A DNA stretch of 64,000 bases from Felis catus (taxonomy: Eukaryota). Below the pieces are notes generated by a model. That model made no database searches. It was given only the letters and a program-made list of their open reading frames with translations, and was not told the origin of the DNA. Below, in pieces: positions 1-13,310 of the stretch. Every line of letters starts with the position of its first letter. Within the stretch, counting starts at the first letter, position 1. The position numbers were made by a program, and so were the translations under genes. Location: positions 25,174,001-25,238,000 of the forward strand of contig NC_058369.1 in NCBI RefSeq assembly GCF_018350175.1, read 5' to 3'.

Positions 1-190
1 AGTTGAGCATCCAACTCTTGATTTCAGCTCAGGCCGTGATGTCACAGTGGTGGGATCAAGCCCCGTGTTGGGCTCTGTAGTGAGCGTGGAGCTCACTTGG
101 GGTTTTCTCTCTCTCTTCTCTCTGCCCTTCCCCTGCTTGTGCATGTGTGCGCACTCTCTCAAAAAACCAAAACCAAAAACAAAAAACAAA
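1..190 (+). mobile_element. CAN-SINE (head cut by the window edge)
   Basis: tRNA-derived body, CT-rich segment, A-rich tail. Confidence 0.85.
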
Positions 191-295
191 GTAGATTCTC
201 ATACACAGTCTTGAAAACATTTTAAGGCATATTATTGAATTTTTAAAAAATGTTACAAAATAGACCAACATGCATAGCATGACAACCTATATCAG

Positions 296-368
296 GAAGG
301 AAGGAAGGAAGGAAGGAAGGAAGGAAGGAGGGAGGGAGGGAGGGAGGGAGGGAGGAAGGAAGGGAGAG

Positions 369-451
<83 letters not shown>

Positions 452-487
452 AAAGGAAGAAAGAAAAGAAAAAAGGAAGGAAGGAAA
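296..487 (+). repeat. Compound purine microsatellite (GAAG)n(GAGG)n(GAAA)n
   Basis: Seen directly in the sequence. Confidence 0.97.
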
Positions 488-1104
488 GAATGACTTTTTC
501 TACGTATATAAGCACCTAGAAAAAGTTCTGGAAGGAAATGTACAAAAGGAGGTCACAGTAGTTACTTCTGGGAAAGGCAGGTGTGGGATGGGGAGGCTGG
601 CAATGAAACCAGGCAGGGTGTGTCACCTATTTTTAACTAAGAAAAAATGTATCTATGCATCTCTTGGGCATTAAAATAAAATTAAATGAATACATTTATT
701 TTTTAAGGAGAAAAAGAGGAGGGAGAGAGAGAGAAAGACATAGCTGCCAAGAGCTAAGGGGCTGTCTTTGCCTCCCTCCAGGACTGGCCACCCACACATA
801 CAGACACAGCTCATCTGAGCAAGTGTCCATAGTTCTCAGAATCCAGTATTTAATTCTATACCTCATTAGTTCTATTTATACCAACTCTTCCTTCTGATTC
901 TTAGAAAAATTCCCTCATACTTAACAAAAGTATCCTCCTCTGGTGTCAGAAATTGGAGATATGAAAAGGGGACACATGAAATTCTGCTATCTCCAATTCT
1001 TGATGGCCTCCACTGACTTATATAGACTTAGATGAAAGCCTACATTGCATTTAATTGGTGCCTGTGAGAATTTTTTAAATCTTAATTTTTAAAGATACTT
1101 TTAC

Positions 1105-1166
1105 CTTTCTTTGTTTTCTTCCATTCCTCTGAAGACGCACTGATTCATTACTGTGGAACTGTCCAT
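1105..1166 (-). CDS. ARHGEF3: ARHGEF3 first coding exon of the long isoform (MDSSTVMNQCVFRGMEENKER); whole exon ~1105-1197
   Basis: ATG at 1166, donor AG|GTAAAA after 1105, polypyrimidine tract plus CAG acceptor at ~1198-1220. Peptide resembles the recalled human N-terminus MDSSTAMNQCSCRGMEENKER. The rest of the gene lies left of the window. Confidence 0.88.
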
Positions 1167-1299
1167 AGACACAGCATGGCCAGGCCAGGTCTTCTTTCTG
1201 AAAAAAAACAAAACAACCCAATGTTTAGAACCTGGACATATTTCTGTTATAAATGCACAGAGAGTTGCATTAAATACATACAAGGGGGATATGTCAAAG

Positions 1300-1720
1300 G
1301 CTGCCCAGTATCCATTAAAATCCATTCTCCCTTTCTTCCATAGTTATTTGAGTTTTATCAGGGTCTACATTTCCCAGCATCCTTGCAGGTAGGTGTGGCA
1401 CTGAGTTCCCAATTCCATTGAGTTCCCAATGGAATCAGAGAGGAAAGGTGCCATTTCCCCATATAGGTCTTAAGACATGAGCATGCCTTATCCACCCTTC
1501 CCACTGGCTCCCACTGGCTAACTCAGCTCTGATTGTGCACATGATGACCATGCATTTGGAAATAATGGAGTGACAAGACAGAAGGCACCTAGGCCTATGA
1601 ATGACTGCATGGAGCACGGTCAGCCTCTCACCTTCTAACTACTACCTTAGTGAGAAATTTCTTTTTTTTTTTTTTTTACATCATTGTTTTATTTGATTCT
1701 ATTTTTATGGCTAGTTAATG
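1300..1720. mobile_element. Degenerate MaLR (MLT1-like) LTR
   Basis: Motifs such as ctacatttcccagcatccttgcag..aggtgtggc resemble MLT1 consensus sequences. Subfamily not resolved. Confidence 0.5.
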
Positions 1721-2607
1721 CTCATCCCAGATGGCACTGAGTATTCCCTTTGGGGCCCTTCTGAGGGTGGGTTTGGTTATTTGGAGCTTACAACATGTTA
1801 TGTCTATGGAGACAGGTGCTGTCAGACTATTTTGGTCACAATTTTGGTAAAACCACATGCAATTTAAGTAGTACTTAGTCAGTGTTAGATGGATGAAGAG
1901 ATGTTAATGAGCATGTAATACCTTCTAGTGTGAAGTCTGTCAAGAGCAGAGCATGTGGCCAGAATTAGGAACACTGGGATCCACAAGTGTGAGTTGTGAG
2001 CTTTGCTTCACAAAATGACGACTTGGAGTGGTAAAATATCCCAATGAACATGATAACCACATTTAAGGATTCAAGTCTATGTCCTTGGAAGCAACAGAAA
2101 CTAAGAGAGACACAGGGATGAGACAGAGAGAGAACATTCCGATGGGTGGAGGATTCCGCCCACTCACTCTTCCACACCCTGAGCATGGCCCCAGGTGAGT
2201 CTGAGAGAGGACACTGAGGTTCCATCTCCAGCCTCAGGTACTGCATTCCTCGCCACGCAGGGGGAGTGGGTTTTGCATTAAGGCATATTCTCATTCTTCA
2301 GCATGGACCTGAACACAAACCTACTGCTTCATTTGGTGTCAGCCAAAGAAAGAAATGGTCATTAGTTCCAACACTAGAAGGACTCGCTGTGCACACCACA
2401 TTGAAAGATGGCGTACCGGTCTCCAACCTTGTGCTTCCTAGGGTTCAAGGTAATTTGGACATCTGTGATCTTCTGTGATCTTCCATGCTGATGCATCAGC
2501 TGTTTTGACTCTTGAGCAACAAATCCGCTTGGCCAAATCTCCCACCCAGCCTCCTCCATCTGCCACACCATGAGTCTGGCCTTTTCCCAGATCAAAGCAC
2601 CATTAGT

Positions 2608-2724
2608 GGGGAGCCTAGCTGGCTCAGTCGGTGGAACGTGTAACTCTTGATCTCAGGGTTACAAGTGTGAGCCTCACACTGGGTGTAGAGATTACTTAAA
2701 AATAAAATCTTGAAGAAAAAAAAA
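2608..2724 (+). mobile_element. Short old-type CAN-SINE
   Basis: tRNA-like head (ggctcagtcgg...cttgatctcaggg) ending gagattacttaaaaataaa, with no CT block. Confidence 0.8.
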
Positions 2725-4284
2725 GCCCTATTAGGATAAAAACTCTCAGATCCAGGTGAGCAGGACCAGATACCTTGGACTCTGGCACCCCAAGGCATTG
2801 GAAAGAGTCAGTGTGGGGGGAAAGCCACAGTCTCCAATGCTGCTCTTTTATGTAACTTACAAAGAGCACACCATGAGATATTTTTAGCATCTGGATCCCT
2901 GTCTGGGACCACTGCTCTGGCTTCCATCAGAGCTAACTTCATCAGCTAAGGCATGTGCATTACAGAGGGGCCCAGAATAAGGCAAGAGGGAAGATGTGGA
3001 TCCTGGAATGAGGAGAGATGGAAGGGTAGTGAGACATAGGCTCAGGGACTCAGAGGGGCCACCACATCCCCACGATCCCCACCATGAAGGGAGAGGGAAG
3101 AAAGCAAGAATGCCACACCAGGGTCGCCTCTGCCGCTGTGAACACCTCGGTCCACCTCAGTTCAGCCTGGAAGCCACGTCTACTCAGTGTACATGCCATT
3201 CCACAGCCCAGTAAGTGCTGCAAGGGGGGTTAACACCTACATCCTCAAATTATGCCAACTCTCCTCAAAGCCACGTTTCCCAAGCAGCTGTGAGAGGTCA
3301 GAGCCTGCCTTCAAAGGGACCACGAGCTAGCTCTGGGTCAGAGTTTCAGGTTTTCCCTCCTGGTATTGGAGAAAGCATTCTGTAGACAACCACTGATAAA
3401 CCATCACCCTTCTGTCTGTGGCTAAGGGCAGAGATTGGGAGCACCTGACTGTACCCTAGCACTGAGGGGTGCCCAAGGCCAGGCACTGTCTTGAATTATT
3501 TCATCAATTTCTCATATCAGCCCTAGGAGGCAGATACTGCCTCACTTAACAAATCAGAGACTGGGCACAAAGAAATTAAGATTTGGCCAAATGCCATACA
3601 AACAGCAAATAAAATTGAGACTTGAACCAAGCATTTGATCTGGGAGCCTGTGCCGCTAATCAGTGTATTATAATGTGCATGATAAAGCTCATTAATGGCT
3701 GAATGAATGAATGAGCAAATGATGAATGAATAGTTTCAAAAGCAGTTTCAAAAAGGTGGGGGGGGCGGGTATTGTGGGAGACGGTGTCTCTATAAAGCCC
3801 TAGAAGGGTGGATCATGAGCCTGACACCCCCCATCCTGGATGCCAACCAAGTGTGTGATAGTCTCAGACCCCTACCCCCCCAAGACAGCCACTTAGCCCT
3901 GTTAACACTCTGAATCCAGGGTTGCCAACTTCTATAAAAGAAATTTATATGCTTAATACCACCATCCCTAATAACCACAGCTACCTGTGATTCAGCACCT
4001 GTGTGCAGGCAGTAAACTCAGGGCTCAAACACAGAGTCTTCTCATCCATCCGTGGCCCCACAGGGTAGGTAGGACCATGCCCATTTTATAGATGGCAAAA
4101 CTGGAGCTCTGAGAGGTTGTGGCCTAAAGTCACAGGGCTTACAATGAAGGCAGTTTTCAAATCTGAGCAGTTGGCTGAACAGCACAGGCTTTCTGCCTCT
4201 ACATGACACTCCCCACTCAGCTTGGTTAATCAAAAAGTTACAAAGATAAGTGGTGTCCTAACTCTTAAGCTAGAAAGCTCTGTA

Positions 4285-4392
4285 TTTTTTAAAAAAGATA
4301 CTAGTTTTAAGTAATCTCTACACCCAACATGGGGCTCAAACTCATGACCCCGAGATCAAGAGTCGCATGCTCTTCTGACTGAGCCAGCCTGG
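4285..4392 (-). mobile_element. Short old-type CAN-SINE
   Basis: Reverse complement of the same short type. Diverged TSD gaaagctctgtatt / gaaagttctatatt. Confidence 0.8.
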
Positions 4393-4629
4393 AAAGTTCT
4401 ATATTCGCCTAAAGTTATTCAGTATTTCCCATCCAAGTCACTTCCATGGGAGATGAATTCTACTTCTTCCCAGCTAGAAACTCAGGCACTTGCCACTTCC
4501 TCATCCCTCTCCTCAGCTATCTGGAGCAGCACTGACCAGCACCAACCTCCTGCAAGCCCAACTGTATCCCTGGGACACCGAGCCCCGCTAATTTTTCACT
4601 GAAAAACCTCTCTCCTCAGGAGGCACTAA

Positions 4630-5725
4630 GTGTTGGTGAGGATTGAAAGCAACCAGAGCTCTCACTCTTGCTGTTGGTAGGAGCACAAATGGGTCCAACC
4701 ACTTTTGAGGACTGCGGCAATCCTTGCATTTCCTCCTAGGTACATATGTGCACCAAGAGGTTTTCTAGAATGTTCTCAGTAGCATTATGTATAACAACCC
4801 TCTATTAGTTTCCTATTGCTGTTGTAACAAATTACCACAAACTTAGTGGCATAGAACAACACAGATTTATCATCTTATAGTTCTGGAGGTAAGAAAAATG
4901 GGTCTAAAGTGAGTCAGCAGGGCTGTATTCCTTCTGGAAGCTCTAGAGGACAATCCATTCCTTGCCTTTTCCAGCTTCTGGAAACCACCCGCATTCCTCA
5001 GCTCATGGCCCCTTCCTCCATTTCAGAGACAGCAATGTAGTATCTTCAAATCTCTTCTCTCACCTCTGCTTCCACTTTCACGTCTCATTCTCTGAAGTGG
5101 ACTTTCCTGCTTCCCTCTTGTAAGGATCCTTGTTACAATGGTCCCACCCAAATGATTCAGGATCATCCCTATGTCATGACCCTTGACTTACATTTGCTAG
5201 GTCCCTTTGCCATGTAGGGCAACTCAGTCTCAGGTATTACCAGTGAATAGTACCTATGACCAGGGATTAGGTCATGGACATCTTTCAAGGGGCCTACCTC
5301 AAGCCCCAAACCAGAAGCGACACCCGTGCTCCTCATCAGTAGAATGAATGAAATAAATGGTGGTAATTCACAGCAATGAGAACAGATGAGCTACAACTAT
5401 TTGTAGCAACAAGGATGGCTCTTCATGAGAAGATTCTGAGCCAAAGACACCAAACACAAGAGTGTCTGCCATATGAGTCTGTCTGCAGAAATCCCAGAAC
5501 CAGGTAAATCTATCCCACGCTGTCAGAAGTCAGGATGGTGGTTGTAGTGGGGGAGCAGTGGCTGGAAGAGAGTATGAGGAGGCTTTTGGGGTGCTGGCAA
5601 AGGTTGTTTCTTAATCTAGGTGCTGCTTACACACGTGTGTTCAGTTTGTGAAAATCCATCAAGCTACAGTTATGATCTATGATCTATGCCCTTTTTTGCT
5701 GGCATGTTATGCTTTAATAACAAGT
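4630..5725 (+). mobile_element. Ancient L1 3' fragment (L1ME-like) interrupted by a MaLR LTR
   Basis: L1 3'-end motifs (gtgttggtgaggat..., agaagtcaggatggtggtt, tttgtgaaaatccatcaagct) on both sides of the LTR. Confidence 0.6.
4801..5300. mobile_element. MaLR LTR (MLT1C/D-like)
   Basis: Begins tattagtttcctattgctgttgtaacaaattaccacaaacttagtggc, a typical MLT1 terminus. Confidence 0.75.
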
Positions 5726-6384
5726 TTTGAGAATTTTATAACAACTAATTGTGCCTATTTAAAGTTTCCCCCCACCCCACCCAAGTTCTCAGTAAACCTC
5801 TCCACAAATAAGGTTGCTGCAAGTTTGGTTTTCTATCAATTAACATAGCGATGCACCCTAAAATTTGCATCCTACAATTTCAGGTCAATAGTTATGAAAA
5901 TACAATAAAGACATTTATAACTAAGAAAGAGGAGGAGGAAAAGAAACTAGCTTCTCTGCCTCTCTCACCCCATTTCCACTCCACAGGGACATGTCAAATT
6001 TTACCTCTGGATGAAGCAGATCCCAGCTGGCCCCCTAAACTCTCCCTACCCTGACAATTGCCGCCCACCAGACTGGCTGGAATGTTTCCCTGCCACCTGC
6101 CACATGCTCCTTCCTCTGTCTCTCCTCACTCCTTCACCCATGTGACATGACCACGGGAAGCCCCATCTCCTCCTAGGAGCTCCCCCCAGCTTCTGTAGGA
6201 CTTGTAATACAAACCACACCATTTGGACTTAATTGCTATTGCCATAAACTAACTGTTAATAGGACCAAGTGCCTTAATCTAATCTCCCCCCAAAAGACTG
6301 CAAACTCAAGAGAAATCAGGTCTTGTCCATTCAATTTTTGTTGTATGTGAACTTCTTATGCTAACTAAGAACTACTACCAATAT

Positions 6385-6625
6385 TAACAGCCTTTATTGA
6401 GCACCTACTTCACATCACGTTCAGTGCTCCTAATGCATCATTTCCTCTTCTCCCACCCAGGGAAGTGGGTGCTATCAGTATCCCTCTTTTGAATAAGAGG
6501 AAACTGAGGCACAGAAAGACTAGTTAACTTGCTAAAGGTCCCAAAGCTCATCACGGAAGGATGGGATTTGAATCCATGCAATCTGATTCCAGAGCCCATG
6601 CTTTTGACCCAGACCCTACTCTGCT
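6385..6625. mobile_element. MIR SINE
   Basis: Core motif gaggaaactgaggcacaga...aacttgctaaaggtc...gggatttgaatcc. Confidence 0.75.
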
Positions 6626-6699
6626 TCCCTAATGCCCAACCCAAAGCCAGGGTTAGGCATATTATTGGTGTTTAATAAACACCACTATGACATATTTGA

Positions 6700-6736
<37 letters not shown>
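6700..6736 (+). repeat. (CA)n microsatellite
   Basis: Seen directly in the sequence. Confidence 0.97.
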
Positions 6737-6737
<1 letters not shown>

Positions 6738-7612
6738 TAAGGGGAAAAAAAAAAAAAACCCTCCCTAGGACACAAATCAAGACTCGTCACCAAATAAGAT
6801 CATTTCAGCCTCAGATCTCAAAAGAAGGCACAGCCTCTAGAGAGATCTGCAAAAGTTCTGCATATTCCTTGCTCTATATCATGCCTGGCATTCAGGGGGC
6901 TTTATAAACATTTATCAGTAAACAATAGCCAGAGTTTGTCCTCCAGGCTTTTATCAGAATAGGGAGAGAGCTGGATACATTTATTTTTTTGCTTGCCAAT
7001 CTCAGGGTCAAAGCCAACGTCAGAGCTGAAGGCTGATTGGACAACTCGGTCTGTGACCACAAGGTCCCAAGCCACCTGCCCCAGATGACCTCATTTCCTC
7101 GACAGCCAAGAATTGTGACCCAGAGGCCTTGGCTGGTAACAAGGCCACCACCCCAGAGGGCTGCTGAAGCCACTAACCTGAACCAGAGATAATGACACCA
7201 GCAGCCCTGCTGTCCCTGGAATATGATGTGGTGTGTGGCTCCAGCCCAAGTGCTCCCTCCCCTTGAGGCCCGCCCCACGGTCAGGTACCAAGCAGTGCTC
7301 TGGCCGGCGTGGACACAGCAGTGCACCGGTCCCAGCCACTCCCCCTCAGCTTCGCACACATCAGTTCCAGCGTCCATGTGGGTACAAGAGAAAGGGCCTG
7401 TGCCCAGGAACATGCCGACAACTGAGAAGACATTATTTTTAAATGGCTGCCTCTGAGGAGGAACAGGAGACTGGCTGGAGGTCAAGGCAGGCTTTAGTTA
7501 TACCTGTACCACTAGCATTTTTACAGGAACAACAACAACAACAACAACAAAGTGTTTATGTATTCAGGGGCTTATTAAAATTGTCTCAAAGTTTCTTGAA
7601 AAAAAAAACTGA

Positions 7613-7878
7613 GGGGCTCCTCAGTGACTCAGTTGGGTAAGCATCCGACTTCAGCTCAGGTCATGATCTCATAGCTTGTGAGTTCAAGCCCCATGGTGGG
7701 CTGTGTGCTGATAGCTCAGAGCCTGGAGACTGCTTCAGATTCTGTGTCTCCCTCTCTCTCCCCCTCCACCACTCACACTCTGTCTCTCTCTGTCTCAAAA
7801 ATAAACATTAAAAAAATGTTTTAATAAAAAATTAAAATAAAATAAAATAAAATAAAATAAAATAAAATAAAATAAAAT
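7613..7878 (+). mobile_element. Felid CAN-SINE with (AAAAT)n tail
   Basis: Full SINE structure with an expanded pentanucleotide tail. Confidence 0.9.
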
Positions 7879-10120
7879 ACTGATGATTGCAGTACAATGT
7901 GACCATGCAGTAATGGAGAGACATATGGTTACAAGGGGATCAGCACCGACATCAGCCTGAGGGAATCCTGGAAGGTTTCTCAGAGGAGGCACTGCTGGGG
8001 CTGAGTTTTGAAGGAGGAATAAAAGCTTGCCATGTCAACAATCCAGGGTTGCTCTGGATAAAGGGTACAGAGTACATAATGGCAAAGAGGAAACAGAGGC
8101 CACAAGAGTGAGAAGAGAGTAGAAGGAAGTAGGAGAAAGGCTAGAACACCACGGCATCTCAGGCATCTCATCTTGGAGCGTTGTGCACTGCCAGGTTCAA
8201 TGACATAATCTATGCTGAGGGTTCAGCCAAGAAGAGGTACTCATGAGTGGTTGGCGTTATCTACCGTTGTTTGTATTCCTATTGCATCCTTCCTGGAAGC
8301 AGACTCTGTGGACATCATCGGGGGGTTGTTGGGGCAAGAATTTGGAAATGAGGTCCCCACAACCAATTTCTGAAAGACACTTTGTAAACTCAACCACTCA
8401 TGTGCCCTCGGGTTTTCCTAGAGCCTCCTAGTGCCTCGCCAGTGTTCCCTCCTCACTCCTCCCGCATCCAAAGCCCATCCACATGTGTGCACATGTCTCC
8501 CCAACTGCACCGGGTTTCGTGACACCCCAACCATGAGCACAGTAGCAAGTACAATAGTTGTTGAACAAATTAACAAATTCGGCTAACTGCACTTCTCCAT
8601 ACTAGTGAAAGATGATGAGAACCCAACACAGAATCTGGACATCATGGATGCCATCACCACACAGCTGAAGAAATTATCTTGAGGTGTTGGCCACCCCAGA
8701 ATCACAGAAAAATGAGGTTCCAAGAGGAAAAACCCCATAGTACCCACCCAAGCCCTTAAGTCACCCTATCGAAGGAAGATACATACTGGGGACCCAAGAA
8801 TTCAGGTGCCATATCCCTAGATAGTCAAGGTGCCCCAGTGATGAAATGGATATAACAGGCTAATACCATTTTCATACTTGCTCCAACAAGTATTTTGGAC
8901 TCCATTCTTGCTATCTTGCCAGGCAGCCTTTGGGTTAGGCAACTGACTCTCCACATGGCTTAATTACATGGAGAGGCAGAGCTGCGGGTGCCACAGAGGC
9001 AGATGATAGTTCCTGTCTAGGTCAAGGCTGCCAGTGTGGGCATGACAAGCTTGCTTGGGGAGGGACGGACAGAAGGTGAGGTCAGTCCTCTGGGCTTCAT
9101 CACAAATCTCCAGTCTCCCCAGTGTGAGATCACATCCCAGGGTCTAGAACGAGGGTTCAGTGGGGATACTACCAGTGGTCAAGTCCTGTCCAGGCTTCCT
9201 GTCCTTAGACAAAAGGTGTTCTGATTTCAACCAAGACATCTCCTCTTCTATATGATTCTTATGTGGGGTAAGTTCTCATACCGTAAACAGTTCCAATGCA
9301 ACAAAAGAAAGTTTTAAAAACTTCATACAAAACACCTTTTACCTGCCAGCCTCTCTCTAGGTCTCTCCAGTAATGTCTTTAGTGGACACTTGGTACATTT
9401 TTATTGATGGACAGAGAGCATACTTACCCATTCACAGAGGACCTAAACGTAGAAGGGATAAGACATGGTAGTCAGAGCAGTTGCAGTCTCCCGTCTGTGC
9501 TGCCTGCTGTAAGATAGACACTGCCCAAGCAGAGCCCATCTGATGGAGGGCACACGGGCTACCCAGGGGTCACCGTGGTCCTCACTGTCCTCCTCCTCAT
9601 CACCACAGGCAACAGTGGTCTCCCTACATGCCAAGTATCCCGTGGAGGGCTTCAAATGCTCTGATTCCACTTCACTCTCTCAGCAGAGAAGGGGGCTCTC
9701 ATCCCCTTCTCACAGATGAGGAAACGGACGCACAGAGGGGCTTAAGTGACTTGCAGGCTCACAGAGCTAGTGAGTGGAAGGAAGAACCAGCACATGGGCA
9801 CACTGTCCCTCCTCCCTCAGACAGAGCTCCAAAAAAGGAGATGACAGTCATATAAAATGGCCCCAGAGAAGGCCTCGTGGCAATTTTCCCAGTTGGGGAT
9901 AAAACTGGATTCCTTGAGCAGTGAACGATTTTCTGACCTGTTCCTTCGCCAACCAGGGCATTTGTGAAAATGAACTTCATAGAACTGACATACATCACAC
10001 TCACTCACTCAGCTTGAGGATGGTAGTCTGGTTTGCCTTGTCATCACTCATTACCTGCAAGGACAAATGCTTAGGTACAGCACACCACATGGCCAAAGAG
10101 TGCTTTAAAACACTTTCAAA

Positions 10121-10312
10121 GTGGTACCTGGATGACTCAGTCAGTTAAGCATCCAACTTTGGCTCAGGTCATAATCTCGTGGTTCATGAGTTCGAGCCCC
10201 ACATCGGGCTCTCTGCTGTCAGTGTGGAGCCCACTTCAGATCCTCTGCCTTCTTCTCTCTCTGCCCCTCCCAACTCATGCTCTCTCAAAAATAAATAAAG
10301 CTTTTTTTAAAT
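10121..10312 (+). mobile_element. CAN-SINE
   Basis: Head, body and CT block, ending ctctcaaaaataaataaa. Confidence 0.85.
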
Positions 10313-10337
10313 AACACCTGCAAAAAAGGTGAGCTCT

Positions 10338-10530
10338 CTTTTTATTATTTATTTTAGAAGGAGAGAGGGTGAAGGCAGGGGAGAGGGGCAGAGGGGGAGA
10401 GAGAGAATCTCAGGCAGTTTCCAAGCTCAGTGTGGAGCCCAGTGCGGGCTCAATCCCACAACCGTGGGATCATGACCTGAGCTGAGATCAAGAGTCAGAC
10501 ATTCAACTGACTGAGCCACTGAGGTGCTCC
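10338..10530 (-). mobile_element. CAN-SINE, tail-to-tail with the previous copy
   Basis: Reverse-complement SINE structure. Confidence 0.85.
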
Positions 10531-11376
10531 AAGGTGATAATGTTTCATAAAATTGCATGTAACTATCCACTTGGAGACAATTTAAGATTCATGGGAATCT
10601 ATGGGGCTTTAATATAGGGGAGGAAATGACCAAGACCTATCAAGGACCTACTCTATACCCACATTAAGTCACAAGAGATCCCCATGAGATGCACCCTGGT
10701 ACCCACACTTTGCAGAGCAGGAAACGAACTCCAGCTTAAGCAGCCTGGGTCAAGCTCCAGCAGCTGGAACATGACAGCAGGGACTGAACAGCTGGGTCTG
10801 TCTGACTCCTGGTTCCAGGTCTCCACACTTCCAATACCCCATAGGCTCTGGCACCTGAGTAAATACACAGCCTGACTCCCTTATAAAATCAAACTCTCTG
10901 CCTACATCTTAGCCCCATCTCTGTGCTCTGACCCCAAGTGTCAGCTGAGAAAGACCCCGCAAAGGAAAGGAGCTATTACAGCCTTCTGACCCTACAGGGG
11001 AAATTCTGAAGTTAGGGGAAAAATCTGTCAGAGTCTAAAATGTCCCTGGAAAACCCCTCAGGAAGGTGCATATGGGAGAGGGGCTCCAGCCAGCCGAGAG
11101 CTAGAGGTGGCGGCTGTGTGTTCAAATGCACTCCAGATAGAGTCTGTGGTCAGGACAGACTCGTACACGGGGCTGTCCCACACTAGCCTTCCACCCCACA
11201 GGAAGTGGGGCCAGCTTGGGGGACCCTCCAGAACACACATTCACTTCAGTGCAACAGCAGGATTAAACAGTTGTTGCTTTTTTCTAAGAGCTTCTAGTTT
11301 AGCTCACATAAGTTAAGCACAAGAGAGATATGATTCCATGGTACCATAATTCCACGATAACATGATCTTCCATTTA

Positions 11377-11602
11377 TTTTTTATTTAAAAAAATTTTTTT
11401 AATGTTTTATTTATTTTTGAGACAGAGAGAGACAGAGCATGAGCAGGGGAGGAGCAGAGAGAGAAGGAGACAGAATCCAAAGCAGTCTCCAGGCTCCAAG
11501 CTGTCAGCACAGAACCCGACGCGGGGCTCGAACTCACAAACTGCGAGATCACGACCTGAGGCAAAGTCGGACGCCCAACCGACTGAGCCACCCAGGCGCC
11601 CC
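11377..11602 (-). mobile_element. Felid CAN-SINE
   Basis: 14-bp TSD tgatcttccattta at 11363 and 11603. Confidence 0.93.
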
Positions 11603-13159
11603 TGATCTTCCATTTAGTACTGGAACATCTTACGTGGCAAATTATAAACACATTCACAACACAGATAACAACTGAGGCCTTGGGTTCTGAAGTTAAGACG
11701 ATTGGGACTGTAATTTGACTTCTACCACTTAGCAGCTATGAGAGCTTGGAAAAGACTCCTGTACCTCAGTTTCCCCAAGTAAAAGAGGTGTCATAATGGA
11801 ATCTACCTCCTGAGGCTTCTGTAGGAATTCAATGAAACGGTGTAAGTGAAGAGCCCGGCACAGGGCTTCACAAAGGTTAGTGTGCCCCTCCCACTTCACA
11901 AAAAAACAAAAAGACAAGACAGCAGAGAGACTCGAGGAAAAGTTAACTTTTCAGAGGTCCCACGGCGAGTAAGCTCCAGAGTGCACGTCACAGTCAGTGC
12001 TGCGGGTCTTGGGAGGCTGGGTGTATGAGAGGAGACCTGGCTGGGAGGAAGTGGCCCAGGCATCTAGGTTTAAGAGCCCAGGAAACAGAACCTGAAGCTT
12101 CAGGAGGATAGAATGAAGCAGGGGAGAGCCCTTCCACACAATACAAAAAAACACCTGGTGAAGAACCATTCCAGACCCACCTAGAAGGCAAGACTATACA
12201 GGCACAGAGATCTCAGGCAGCAGTAAACTGCCACCTCAGTCACAGTAATAAAGAAGATAGTGACTTGAGTGACAGTCACCCTAGATAAGCTTTGGAGCGT
12301 TCCCCCCTTCCTGCTAGCCCAGAGAGTCAGCCCACCCAGCCCCCTCCTCCCTGACCCCCAGGCTTTGCCAGATCCCCCCTCTAGGATTCCAGATCCCTAC
12401 GTCTCCAAGAGTTGCACACACCCACAACGTGCACAAGAAATGACAGCAAGCAATGAGTAATCTGGAGCCATGTCAGCCAAGTCGCATGTCCGACACTGGC
12501 CTGGCTCCGCTGGCTGCTGAACATTCACTCACTGCCGAGAATGAGCCGGGGAGGCCCCTCTGACGCCACAGTGGGGCCTCTATTACATGCCAGCCTTGCA
12601 CAGGTCAAGAGCAAGACTGCACCTTCCACAAAACCCAACTGGAGATTTGCAGACAGCAGGGAGACAGGAGTGAAGGAGGCCCCTTCCACTTGGTGATAAT
12701 CATTCCCCTGTGTCCAGGGAGGAGCGGACAACGGAAAGGGGCAGATGCTTGCGGAGGCGAAGCCTGGCATTCGAGCCCTGTGAGTGACAACAGCTGTTCC
12801 CCATCACTCCCCTTCCAAGAGGCTGGCAGGGAGCATGAGACCACAACCCAAAGCAAAATTGGAGGCACCGGTCCCCAAGTTGTTGGGACATCAGCTGTAA
12901 TAAAGACACTTGCCCTTGTGTAAGTTTTGGTGGCAGCAGAGGGACACTTGAGTTCAAAACAGCAGGACATTTTAATTCCTGCTAATGGTAGGAGGGGAGG
13001 AGCTGCTGCCACTCCCCAGAAACCCCACCTGGTGACCTGGCACCAACTTCATCCAGCAGGCAGGATGTGCCAGGGCATGTGGGTGAGGACAAGGGCCTTG
13101 AGTTTCCATGAGAGAGTCACAGGATATCAGAGCCAGGAGGACCCACAGCCCTCAGAACC

Positions 13160-13310
13160 CACAGGTGTCTTGATGCAGCAAAGCACAGAATCGTCCATGT
13201 GTAGAGACATGCTTGGCCCAAGCTCAGCCCTTCTGAATCAATCACCAAGGCTGGGCCCGGGAATCTGCACTTTAAAGGCCCCTCTCAGGTGACTCTGAGG
13301 CAGCCAGCCC
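13160..13310. mobile_element. MER5A-like hAT DNA transposon relic
   Basis: ctgaatca...gggcccgggaatctgcactttaa...caggtgactctgaggcagcc resembles MER5A. Confidence 0.5.

Noticed and set aside
243..674. ORFs rich in K/E/R or F/L/S
   Set aside because: Translations of the GAAA/GAAG microsatellite.
6892..7485. 197-aa minus-strand ORF
   Set aside because: No recognisable homology or convincing exon structure. Consistent with a chance intronic ORF.
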